Both the position numbers and the translations under genes were made by a program. A stretch of 62,999 nt of DNA, the filler included, from Sphacelaria rigidula (taxonomy: Eukaryota), in the NCBI GenBank assembly GCA_964200075.2. It is 7 parts of 7 records of this genome, joined end to end, with 100 filler letters (N's around TTAATTAATTAA, not from the genome) between each part and the next. Parts side by side here need not be neighbours in the genome. Positions count along the whole stretch, not along the records: positions 9,017 to 17,931 come from CAXNAA020009763.1; positions 18,032 to 26,945 come from CAXNAA020009764.1; 5 more parts are not named here. One strand, written 5' to 3'. Of this stretch, positions 12,101 through 23,587 are shown one piece after another (within the stretch, counting starts at the first letter, position 1; each line of letters begins with the position of its first letter). The notes under the pieces are model-generated. The model worked only from the letters and a program-made list of their open reading frames with translations, ran no database searches and had not been told where the DNA came from.

Positions 12101-13930
12101 CCGTAGATAAGGTGGGCACCCGGTACCGGTATTTGGGACATCTCGAACCCTACCGATACCGATCCAATCGGGTATTCTCAAATACCATACCTACGATACA
12201 CACGATACCCACGATACCATGGTAATTCGAGATGTCAATACCTACCGTACCCGCTCGATCGGGTATTTTCAAATGCCATACCTACCATACCTACGATTTT
12301 ACGGTGTTTCGATATTTCAATACCTACCGTACCCGCTGAATCCGGAATTTAGAGATTCCACTACCTACCGTATCCGCTCAATCAGGTATTTTCAAATGTC
12401 ATACCTACGATACCCAAAGGCTGGTTCACAGAAAAAAAAACAAATTCTGTCACCAGCAAATGCCTTCTGCAATACGCATCCAATAGTCGCATACATGGTA
12501 TCATACTGACCGCAATGAATAGACGAAGAGAGTGACATAGCCTCATTTTTGTTTCAGGCTATAGCGGTGGCGCTATGGACAAAAATGTGTCTCGACCAAT
12601 TAGCGCCTTTCGAACTGTTCCGAAATTGAAAATACGAACTCAAAGCCCAATTTCTACCGAATCTCCACATGCTTCAAATCGTAGTGACCGTCATCACCTC
12701 AAGAATCTAACGGGAAAATAGGATTAGAAAACGGTTCCAACGGGGTCGAATTATACCCGAAACCGTAATGTTTCGGTGATGTGGAGTTTGGCGTCGTCTA
12801 ATTTCCCTTATATCTGTTGTAGAAAAGCTCAGATCATCCTCAAAATTGCCAGTTCCGTGGGTATTGATGTTCCTAACGAAAACATTGTGTTCTTGGCAAG
12901 GGTTGAGAGTTTCTCCATTCTCTACCGGCTTCCGGGGGTCCCAGTAAAAGTATCCCCGGAAGGCGATAGAGAATGACTCAAAAGAAAATATAATAACATG
13001 ATGCGTCCCGGGATGGTCCAAGGTTCACATGTACGACGTTTGGTGGAGAAACTCGGAAGTCTCATACAATGTTTCCTGCCTTGACGTGAAATTCACCCTA
13101 AAAGATGTTTCCATCTCAAACCAAGTAGTTAGGAGTTTACACGTTTCAAGCTCACATCCTCGCACAAACGCGCAAATCTTCACGCATTTATTAGGAGTTA
13201 GACCCTGAAACTTTGCAAAAATAGGCTATGAATCATTACGCAAGTTTCGATCAACGCGGTTTTTCTAATTCTTAAATTTTCAACGTTTTTCGGGGGTACG
13301 ACGGGACCCTAGTCGTTTTTTCAAAGTTGCCCATTCTGGGACCCCGGAAAACCGGCAATACGGTCTTTTTTTTCATAGTTTTGCGGACGCTCTGCCGCCG
13401 CAAAACCTAGGGAAGAATCCCACAAATTTTCGTGGCCAAACTCAATTAACTGGCGCTTGATTTTTCATGTTGACGTCAAAGAAGGCCCAAAAACGCCATT
13501 TTCATACTAAAAACTGGTAGTTTGCCGTTTCATCGTGGCACGGCAAGGTTCATCGCACAAACGCGAAAAACTTCACGCCGTTTTAAGGAGTTAGACCCTG
13601 AAATTTTGCACAACTGTGCTGTGGGTCATTACGCAACTTTGAATGGACGAGGTTTTTTGTTTTTTGTTTTGGTACCGTTTTACGGGGGTCTGACTGGATC
13701 AAAGTTTCCCCGAAAAAGTGGGACCCCGGAAAAACGGTGAAAAATGTTCAACTGCAAAACAATTTCGTCCATACAGAGTTGAGCAATGACTCATAGAACA
13801 CCTGTGCAAAAGTTCAGGGTCTAACTCCTTGAAACGGCGTGAAGTTTTGCCGATGAATGTTTTTGGGGGGTTTTCGGTGAACCAGCCTGTACGATACCAC
13901 GGTATTTCGAGATTTCAACACCTACCGTAA
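12101..13930. mobile_element. CCGTAG-terminus MITE family copy, interrupted by a nested insertion
   Basis: Internal repeats TACCCGCTCAATCGGGTATTTTCAAATGTCATACCTACGATAC stop at ~12416 and resume at 13890. Same family at 16005-16106, 17348-17690 and 59747-59870. Confidence 0.7.
12417..13889. mobile_element. Non-autonomous TIR DNA transposon nested in the MITE
   Basis: Ends are AAGGCTGGTTCACAGAAA and TTTCGGTGAACCAGCCTG (inverted). Internal repeat AGGAGTTAGACCCTGAA at ~13192 and ~13586, inverted at ~13812. TSD not resolved. Confidence 0.7.
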
Positions 13931-15787
13931 TATATATATATATACAAGGTTCCCCTTCGGGAGGTTGGGACGAGCCTCCCGGGGGTGGCTCAAGTCGATA
14001 ATATCAAGTATACTTCGTATGCCTTCTCAGTGCGCTGCAAAAGAAAGCGTGGGAAAAAATGCCATGCAGGCAGAGAAAACTCGGCAAAAGTGGTGAAAAT
14101 GTGAAATGATACATGTACATGATACACATGAGTTGAATGAAGGGAGAAAAGCGCGCGAGTCATCGCTTTGTCCGCTTCGATCGAGCAGGTATATATTGCC
14201 CTCCGCGAAAAATAAATAGGCATGGAAAAACAAACACAACTGATGAGGGAGCCTCCAATTACATAGAACGATGTTTTCGTGAGATCGAGAGTAGAGGATA
14301 CGATTGAGAAGGGGAAGCGGTCAATTAGTGATTTAATCGTTCCAGTCCCGAAATATCCCTCTGCAAGGCCCTTACCGAAGCAGCGAGCTAACTCACGCTT
14401 ATTAACCTGTGAAGTACCGGCGCAGAGATGTTCCTGTGAAGTCAGTGTTGCGCCATTTTTTTTTTTTTTCGGAACAAAATCTTACCGTTTTTGCCCTCTA
14501 GTGCGCACTGCTGCAGCGCACAGCAGCAGATATAGCGACTTGGAACTGTTGACTGTGCTTTGCACAGCCTATGAGCGATGTTTCAGCGCCTCGCAGCGGC
14601 TGCAGCGTGCTTAGGGCCGTGCGCCATGAAGTACGCAGCTCTACAGACTGTATGCCGATCGGTGCACCACAAATGGTCATGATCCAGAAAGGGCCGCAGT
14701 ACAGACCGGTTCCACTTTGCTACCGCATCGGCCGTCCAGCCGCTCAACATGTCTAAGTTTATGCATCTGCGCATGCATATATGCATTCGTCTGTAGTGCG
14801 ACACTGGTAGACCTGAAGAAATGTACATAAACAATGATTGGTACTCGATTTTGGTTTCAGACTCAAAAAATTTCTGAGAAAAATCATGATTTGGGGCAGG
14901 TGAGCAGTAGAACCAGGTCGTCCAGAACGTGTTTTGGTCCAAAATCGGCTCAAAGGCGTCGATTTGAGCTCTTGAAAGGCGTCGATTTGAGTTATCGCAA
15001 CGCACGCTTTAGCTAAGAAAGTGCACCCCACTTGCCCGAGAGTTCTCGGTATGCCTTGGTCGATGTTAGTGCTAGGGTTAGCGTTAGAGTTGGTGACATT
15101 TCCATAGTACCAACCATTGTTTTACGTACATTTCTTCAAGTCCCCTCTGTGAGGTACTTGTGCAGGGATGCATCCTTGTCACAAGGGTATCTCTGTCATC
15201 CCCGTCACAAGGACACTCCTGCGCCGGTACTTCACACAGGCGCATCCTTTGAGGGAACTCTCTTTTACGGGTTGCATGATCGCAGGGATTTCGTCACCCC
15301 CCTGCGCTTGTCGAGCACTGCTGACCCACGACGAGGACGTTTGCCCACGTGTGTGCCTTGTTCAACTCGCCAACGGCTCGTTACACGGTCTTCTGCTTGC
15401 TGGTGACTAAGGCGGAGGCAATATTCAACTGCTTTCAACTGCTTTGCTTTCATGTTCTCGTGACGTTTGCTGCATAACCGCTGTCTTCGTGCTCCCGAAT
15501 CGACGAGAACGCGAAGAAATACCCCGCCATGAACAGGCTCTTGTTGTTTAGGTTCCTGTTTGAAGTTTTCCATCGTCTTGAGGCTTTTTGTGGTTCGGGA
15601 TCGACACCCCGCGAAAAAGAGCCAAGGTGGGCGACTTTCGATGGCCAGAACACGCGCCACAGGTATCAGATGACACCTTCTTCATGCACTGCAAAATAAA
15701 GCGCGTGATAAGATGTCTTGCCGCCTGAGGAAACTCGGCAAAAGTGGTAAAAAAAAGTGAAATGATACATGTACATATATATGACTT

Positions 15788-16004
15788 AACGGACGACGAG
15801 GTGAAGGGACTGTTGTACCCTTCTCGCGAAAAAAATAAAGACAAGCACCGCAGAAGGAAGGTGGAGTATCAAAACAAACAAAAACAAACAAAAGCTCCTG
15901 TGTTGACCCTCCTCCTGTGTGATCCCGGCTGGTGCGCCCTCATTTACCGAAAGGTGTAGACCGGCGTCCAGAATAGATGGGACGACAACACACACACAAC
16001 ACAC
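15788..16004 (+). mobile_element. 5'-truncated SINE copy
   Basis: Matches the 3' half of 36947-37308, including the GTCCAGAATAGATGGGACGACAACACACAC tail. Confidence 0.8.
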
Positions 16005-16106
16005 CGTACCCGCTCAATCAGGTATTTTTAAATGTCGTAGCTACGATACCTACGATACCACGGTATTTCGAGATTCAACTACTTACCGTACCCGCTCAAT
16101 CGGGTA

Positions 16107-16542
16107 TCAACACGGGGATTTTACAAACTGAAGATGGGTTTTTTATTGGGGATGAGAACCCCGGAGAATTGAAGTCTTCGTCTCCACACCAAATATTCGA
16201 GATACGGTTCCATTTCTTCACTCGCTGGCAGCTGTTGACAACTGCTACACGCCATAGAAATTTGGACTTCGATAACCAAAATGTCGGGGTCCTAGGTGAA
16301 AAACCAATTTTGGGAATTTTTGGTGATCCGATCGGACGCCAAAATTGATTTTTGACCTTGGACCCCAACATTTCGGCGATCGAAATCCAAATTGTTATGA
16401 CGTGTAGTAGTTGTCAATAGCTACCAGCAAGTGAAGAAACGGAACGACATTCCGAGAATTTGGTGTGGATATGAAGATTTTAATTCCCCGGGTTCTCATC
16501 CCTAATAAAAAAATCCATCCCCAGTGTGTAAAATCCCGTGTG
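16107..16542. mobile_element. Long palindromic (foldback) MITE, probably TA-flanked (Tc1/mariner-like)
   Basis: ~190-bp imperfect inverted arms (CACGGGGATTTTACA ... TGTAAAATCCCGTG). Second copy at 62071-62517. Confidence 0.85.
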
Positions 16543-17347
16543 TATTTCTGTTCTTAGAAGGCTTGGACTCAGACCTAAAACCTGTGGCACGCGGAGAAAA
16601 ACTACAAAACAATAAAGCTTCACTTTCTCGATCGAAAACGTGCGGTCGAAATACACGACGCGGCACTTGACTCCCATCTTACAGACCGCCATACCAGATG
16701 ACACCCGTTCACAGAACATGCAAACTCCATCTAAATCATTCTCAGCCACCACAGCAACCCTGCAGCATCGACTACGAGTTGAGCACAGGGATAGATACAC
16801 CGCAGAAGTTGGATACGCTTTCGTTGCTTATTTTTTGTTGCCGAAAACTTGCGCATCTTTTTTCATGGTAGGATCAGCGACGGAACTGCGTGGTGCGGTG
16901 GGCAACTGAGTTGCGCACACACTCATGACCAGTTTTGGCAGTACAAAGCTGCACGTCGTTGAAGTCCTCTTCCACGCCACATTGTAACCAGAGAGAACTG
17001 ATAGTCCTGATCCGAGCAGTCCGCACTGCACGTTGCCCGCTTCTCTTAAAAATTCGACTGTACGAAACATCCAGACACTCACTCAAGATACACTGCTTGC
17101 AAGCACGGCAGACAGTACAGACTATCTGTACTGTACACGACTGACCATGTGCCGTTTCACGAAATTCAGTTTTTCTTTTTTTCGGTCAAAAGCTTGAAAA
17201 TTCGCTCGGACCCAACTCGACAAAAGTGAGCGATTTTCGCTCAAATCAATTCCACCTCCTCACTTTTTCAATCGATAAAAAAAGTGCCGAGTCACGCCCT
17301 GTAACGCTTCTCCGCGCTGCCGGATGACAATTTTCGAAGTCGGTATA

Positions 17348-17690
17348 CTGTAGAGGGTAGGGCAGGTACCCGATACTGGTATTTGGGACATCCCATACCC
17401 TACCGATACCGACCCAATCGGGTTGTTTCAAATGTCATCCCTATTTTACGATAGCTACGATACCACGGTATTTTGAGACACCAGTACCTACCGTACCTGC
17501 CCAATCGGGCATTTTCAAATGTCATACCTACGATACCTACGATACCACAGGATCTCGAGATTTCAATACCCAGCGTACCCGCTCAATCAGGCATTTTCAA
17601 AACTCATACATACGATACCCACGCAAACCACGGTATGGGATAACCCGGTGAATACCGGGAGATACGCTCGGTAAGGTATCTTACCTACGG
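17348..17690. mobile_element. CCGTAG-terminus MITE, near complete
   Basis: Left end CTGTAG, right end TACCTACGG. Internal tandem GATACCTACGATACCACGG units. Confidence 0.7.
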
Positions 17691-17747
17691 TTCCCGTGAT
17701 ATATTCGGTCACCTTCGTCACTGCTCTTTCAAAGAGCAATGTAATGG

Positions 17748-17931
17748 AGAGGGCGTACTCATTTGCTGCTTGCCTTAGTCATTTGACCATTGACCACGCA
17801 TCCCTTTCGAGACGGAGCACCGTTCCTACTCCTAAGAGAGGGGGGGGCGTACTCATGTGTTGCTTGTCTTAGTCGTGTGACCATTGACCACGCATCCCTT
17901 TCGAGACGGAGCACCGTTCCTACTCCTAATA
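17748..17931 (-). mobile_element. Two head-to-tail ~95-bp LINE 3'-end copies
   Basis: GGGCGTACTCAT...GACCATTGACCACGCATCCCTTTCGAGACGGAGCACCGTTCCTACTCCTAA occurs twice and is the reverse complement of 41744-41829. Confidence 0.75.
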
Positions 17932-18031
17932 NNNNNNNNNNNNNNNNNNNNNNNNNNNNNNNNNNNNNNNNNNNNTTAATTAATTAANNNNNNNNNNNNN
18001 NNNNNNNNNNNNNNNNNNNNNNNNNNNNNNN
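17932..18031. other. Artificial contig spacer
   Basis: N44-TTAATTAATTAA-N44. Confidence 0.99.
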
Positions 18032-18460
18032 ATCAACAGGGCATGAAGTAAAGCTGTCTGTGAGGTCCCGGCGTTTTTTTTTTTTCATGAGTTGAGGGCA
18101 TTTTACCAAAATCTCAAAACTGATTTTTGCCATTAACTCACGTAAAAAAAAAAAGAAAACTTCGGGACCCCACAGACAGCTTTTCTTCGTGCACTGTTGA
18201 TTGTCCATAGCAAATTTCACTGTCCAACTCCCGGAAAAAAATTATTCACCTTTGAAAAACTGGGCCGGCGGAAATTCGGAACAGTATTTGGCAGGCCGTT
18301 TATCGGCCCACGTTTGGTCTTTGTGGGTTGAAACTTTGTGCGGAACCTCGCTAGGTCATGATGACCGAAAGAAAATGGGTGAGGTTGGTTTTTGTTTTTA
18401 TTTTTCACTGATTGAGGGCGTTTTAGTATGGTAACGACCATTTTTTTACGAGAACACCTA
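18032..18460. repeat. Dispersed repeat related to 27500-27920
   Basis: Shared colinear blocks TTGATTGTCCATA, AAATTCGGAACA, CGCTAGG-CATG and ACGACCATTT...ACGAGAAC. Confidence 0.6.
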
Positions 18461-19834
18461 CGAAGCCCTTTAACATGGCAACGTCCTATAGAAAGTGATC
18501 CGTCCGACGTGTGCAACAGTGTATCGTGTTTTGATTTGGCTTCACTGGAAGGTATGCCTCTCATCTGGGCAGAGCAAGTGGATTTGTCTCGAAAGATTCC
18601 GCGCGCTTATAAAAATCGTCAACTCTCGGTAATGAAAAAGCACCGGAGAATGACGGGGAAGTTCTGAAACGCGAAAAAAAAATCCTACGTTGGCCTTCCT
18701 CCTGTGTGACCCCGGCTGATACGTCAATATCTACCTTAGGGTGTGTACTGTACGGTTGTTTCGTGCTGTGCAGAGGTTCGAACTCGAGAGGAGGTCTTAT
18801 CGACACCGTTGTAGCGTAAAACAATACGCGAACGCCGTGATAGGCGACGTACGTGTAAGGTACACGAGAAATTTTCAACGCGGATCTAGCACGCGACTGA
18901 AGGAGTTCACATTCGCCAAAGAAAGTAATCTGCGGCAAAAGCGCCGTGCTCATTATATGGAAGTTTATATATCGGGCGCATCTTTCACTCTCTGGCATAC
19001 TCACACAGCGCCAGCCGAGACAATCCCACTTGCTCTGTATAGCCAAGAACCCCAGCTACCACTGCTCCGAACTGCGATGTAGTGCAACATTGCCTTGGAG
19101 TGATGCGCTGCCACAAAGGCGAACCCACGAATGGTAAATATCATGTTATTTCACCGGGTTGTGAGCACGATGTTGGACTTGGATGGCAGCGGACAGCGAC
19201 TTACTCGTGTGTGCAGTAGCATTACATGTCAGATAGTGATTTGATCGATTGATTTATTGTTGCATTTTGACTGACCCCCCAGGGATCCAGCGGTGGTCAC
19301 ATGAGATGGTGCAACTTGAGTTCTACGGAGTGGCATTTCAGATCCTAGGATGGAAATGACTTTCGAACTTGCAAAAAAATCCTCATCTGCTTATCGTGCT
19401 GTGGACGATATACACATCGCCAGTAAGTTGCGCTGTAGTCCATGGATTTAAGCGGGAATCCTTCGAGAACGCCGCTGTAGGGACGGTCTACCGTTGAGCA
19501 TTGTATGTCACGACAAATGTTGTTCATCGAAGTATTTGGCCTGACCCTTTATATGACGTGAGGCACATGTTGGGGGTGACCGGACGTTGTTCGACAACGA
19601 TAACAGGTGCTGCTGATACTGACCGACGATGCGCCATTGCTGCATCTTGAGTTTGTCAGTAGCACTTTATGGCTGCATCAACCATAGCTTTCCGCAGTTT
19701 GAAAAAGGCTGCTATAGCAGGGACATACTATACATTTTCCGTTACGCCACGTGCCTGTCAGCGGCTTTGCATGTCCTGCGGCGAATAGACCCGTGCTCTA
19801 CTGCTGCGCTATTTCCCCCCCTGCCCAGTCTGAA

Positions 19835-19923
19835 CGAACAGGACGGTGCTCCGTCTCGAAAGGGATGAGTGGTCAATGGTCAAACGACCAAGGCAAGCAA
19901 CAAATGAGTACGCCTCCCCCCCC
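19835..19923 (+). mobile_element. LINE 3'-end fragment
   Basis: GGACGGTGCTCCGTCTCGAAAGGGATG...GCAAGCAACAAATGAGTACGCCTCCCCCCC. Confidence 0.7.
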
Positions 19924-20342
19924 AGTCGAGACGAGAAGGCGATGGAGCACTAGAGTACCTACGCAGCGCACAGGTTCACCCCGGAAACATGGCAGAGTAC
20001 ATGTACAGTACACAGCAGCATTGCGAAGCCCGAGAAACGGCACGGCGTCAGAATTTGACCTCAGTCAAAGCTGGTGGTCCAGGAACCGCCGATGATTCCG
20101 GAGACAATGGGTGCTAGAGTTGGTGACCATGGTGCTCGAGTGGATGCACCACGCACCACAGAGCGTGAAGCATGAAAAAAAAAGTAAATAGTGCATATAC
20201 ATGATGTTCAAGTCCACTACTTTCCCCAAGTCGTCTTGACGTATTTCTACACATGCGAACGGTACTGACGGGACGCTCACCGTACGCGGTTCCACCGCTC
20301 CACCTGCACTCGTGAATGGACATCATTATTGTTGTATCTCAG

Positions 20343-20498
20343 TGCAAGTTGGACGCCAGCGACAGCAGCATCGCCAAGCAGTCGAAGCTGCATCTTGGCT
20401 GCCAAGGGCTGGCCTCCAGCGATTCACCACTAGCGAGGCAGGTGTTTTCCGACTGGACAACCTCGAACGATCCCCCATCGGCAGGCTGGGAGGCGCAG
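20343..20498 (+). CDS. Probable exon of the sulfotransferase-like gene (CKLDASDSS...AGWEAQ)
   Basis: TCTCAG acceptor, GTAAAT donor, 156 nt open, phase 0-0, GC-rich codons. Confidence 0.6.
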
Positions 20499-21234
20499 GT
20501 AAATCGACTCTCGCACATGACCGTGTACTTTAATCCATCAAGTAGTGTTGGTAACCCATTCACAGCCAATCCAGGTAAATGATGAAGTCCGACACCATAT
20601 GGCTTTTGGCAGAGCTTGAATTGGTAGTCTTGCTCTATAATACATTAACTGAATGGTGTTCGAAACTTGTTTTTCGTATTCTTCAGGGTGAAGCTCACTC
20701 GAGCCGTGGGAGAGATTGCGTTTGGTCGAAAGCAGATTGTTGCTTTTTAGTGCGCATTGCTCATTCGAGTGGGCCGAATTTCATATCAAGATCATCAATC
20801 ACTCTGGTTGCTGAAAACACAACTCTGAAGACAGGGGAGACCACGCACAAGTCACGTTTTTTTTATCTCGGTATGGTTTGCGGTTGGGTCAAACACGAAG
20901 TGCTGCGAGTGCAGATAGTCCATCGAGCAGGAGGCGTTGCCGCACACTTGAGTACAGTCATGGCTATCGGTTAGCGTCGAAGTATCGCCAAGCATTCTCC
21001 GTGGTGTGGTCACCGCATGAGCAAGAAGTGCCCCCTCGCATGCCGCCGAGTAGAACCGTGGGGCGAGACGCTACTGTTGTTGACTGTCCTGATCCTCGTA
21101 AACGGCATAATTCGACCTAGTTTGATGTTTCAGCTACCCGGCACACTACGTGTTTTAACTATTGCAAGCTGTATCCTTCAAATGCATTATACGTGTGTGT
21201 TTTCGCTATTTTTCACCTGGAAGGGGTACTGCAG

Positions 21235-21345
21235 TGCTCCGACACCAAGGAGAACGTGTCGATATCAGTCCTGGTGAATGTATCCGGCCTGGTGCTATAC
21301 TCCGTGGAGGTGTTAGACGGGGAGATTCTGCTGCTCTTCATGCAG
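21235..21345 (+). CDS. Probable exon of the sulfotransferase-like gene (CSDTKENV...ILLLFMQ)
   Basis: CAG acceptor in phase 0 (alternative AG ending at 21223) and CAG|GTATGG donor in phase 0, compatible with the flanking exons. Confidence 0.65.
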
Positions 21346-21775
21346 GTATGGGTACTTACTCAGCACGGATTCTTTGTATTGTCGAAACTGCTGGATCCCT
21401 CAGGAGTCTGGTAAAGCGCGACAATCAATCCGTCCATCTATCGTCAGCGCCCCCTCGTCTTCCGATCCTCAAATCCCACAGCAACAGGCATTTTTCAAAC
21501 CCTTTTCAAAATAGGCTTGCCCCTGTTTCCACAACCCCTCGCCACACTGGACGGCCGACCCTCCACCCTTGGCTTACGTGAAGGCGATTTCAGCATATAT
21601 ATATATTTGTGTGTGTACGTCACTGTAGTGTGGTTGATAACTCCGGAATGAAGATGAAAAATTGTGTTGATTCGAAGTCAAAAGCAGAAGTAGCATAAAT
21701 GGGCGCACCACGTTCGCGCTCCATCCGTTTCAAGTCCCGATGCGGTTCATGTGGCGTACATGAACGCAACACCAG

Positions 21776-21987
21776 GTACCTTCAGTGGCCGAGGTGATGC
21801 AGCATCCTTTCCTCGATCGAGCCGTGCGTGCGGTTGCCGACATCGGTAGCAAGGTGTACGTCGTACGACTGGACGCTGTGGCAAACTTCGCCAGTCTGAA
21901 GCCCCTGCACGAGCTTTCGCCAAGAGAGCAATCTCACTATTCGATCGTGTGGAACACCGGCCGGTGCGGGTCAACGCTGATGCACAG
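21776..21987 (+). CDS. Exon encoding a sulfotransferase-like P-loop region (HPFLDRAV...WNTGRCGSTLMHR)
   Basis: CCAG acceptor (phase 0) and AG|GTCAGG donor. GRCGSTL resembles the 5'-phosphosulfate-binding loop of PAPS-dependent sulfotransferase-fold proteins. Confidence 0.72.
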
Positions 21988-23587
21988 GTCAGGTAACAGC
22001 GTGAGGGTGTTCTGTACGGAAGGATGGGAATGTTGAGACGTGATAAAAAAACAACGTTCACGTCTGCTTGGGACTCTCCCTCTTTTTTTGCATGTCTTTT
22101 TTACGTTTTGTCGTCTTTGGCTATTGTCGTTGTCGATTCTGCCTTGTGTGTCGGCTGCGTGCTTGCTCTCCCGAGTCTGCTCGAGGGGACGGACCCCCAC
22201 TGCAAAGAGCAGGCCCGCTAGGTAAGAGTCAAGCTAGGGTTTGGTAAGGGATACGGCCTACGAAATCGGGCTCATCTACTGTCTCTGTACTGATCCGTAT
22301 AGATTGGAGGTGATATATCGATATTTCGGGTGAGGCCAAGAGATATGGTGTCATCTTGGTCCCCAAACTTATTGTTTTGCTGACGGACGGGTCATGTAAT
22401 GTTACCAGACCGATTGTGCATCATGATAATGTGCTGCTGCCGCTAGGGGCAAAGAGTAACAGGGTGTGGTAGCATATTTTATATTGAAGTTCGGAAGCAC
22501 CGCGTAACCAGCTACGGACTGTACTGTACATACAACCATGCGCACACGCGAGGTATGTCACACGAATACGTCCAGCGAGATTTCACTGTACACTACAACT
22601 GCGGAGCGCAGCTGGTGTTGCAGGTGAACTTTGCTGCGTCCAGGGAATTGATCTGGAACGAGTGAACAAATGGGTGATCCGTGGTTCGTCTGCAAGCGCC
22701 GTATCTCTATGGGACACGCAAGTAGCGTCGCTGGTTCCGTCTTCTCACGCCGCTACGGTAGGCAGGGTACAAGTGGTGGGTGCAGACACCGACTTGGCAC
22801 CTCGCCAAGCAGTATTAGCTGCTGCGAAGGAAAAAGGGCTGCAAGAGAGGACATAGACAGATTAGGCCACGCATCATGTGCCCTACTGTTGACGACAGTA
22901 CACCAATGCATGGAACTAATCGCTGCAGCTCCTGTATTTGAAACCTTGAACTGCACCGTAGACTGCGTAGGATGACCTCTCCGTATTTACATTTTCCGGA
23001 ATCGATTCACTCGAGCATTTTGCCGAGGTATAGTCGATATCCGTCCATTCACAAGGTCTTTTGGCAACACAGATTTTCCCCTTTGCACGCATAGACGATG
23101 TACAAACGTTGTTTGTTCCATGTATATACACCCTCTCTAACATGCGGTTGACTTGGTAACTTGCACCGTATCCGGAGGAGGAGAGGGAGGTTTGGATGTG
23201 AGATGGTCACCAGGGAACACTATCAGCATCACCGCTCACGTTGTTTCGCGCAGCGTGCAGCAGGTGCAGACAGCGTGCTGTGCGCTGGGGGTTCATAACT
23301 CATATATTCTCTCATCACGTTGAACTTCGAGCAACAGCACATGATACCCATCTGCCCCCACGGATCATGAACCATTTTGTAGTTGCCCAGACCGGCACAG
23401 TGGATACAGTACAGTCAATATACCGTACCATATCGTATTGACGATACAGCCAGCGAGATGTACACTGGTATCACACAGATTGCATCCAGCAGCAGCGGTG
23501 TGCTGTATGACACGGCAGCTGCCTTGTAGCGGTAATGATGGTAACTAGAGGATTACCGACGCCCTGGTGCACCTCCTTGAACTTTTT

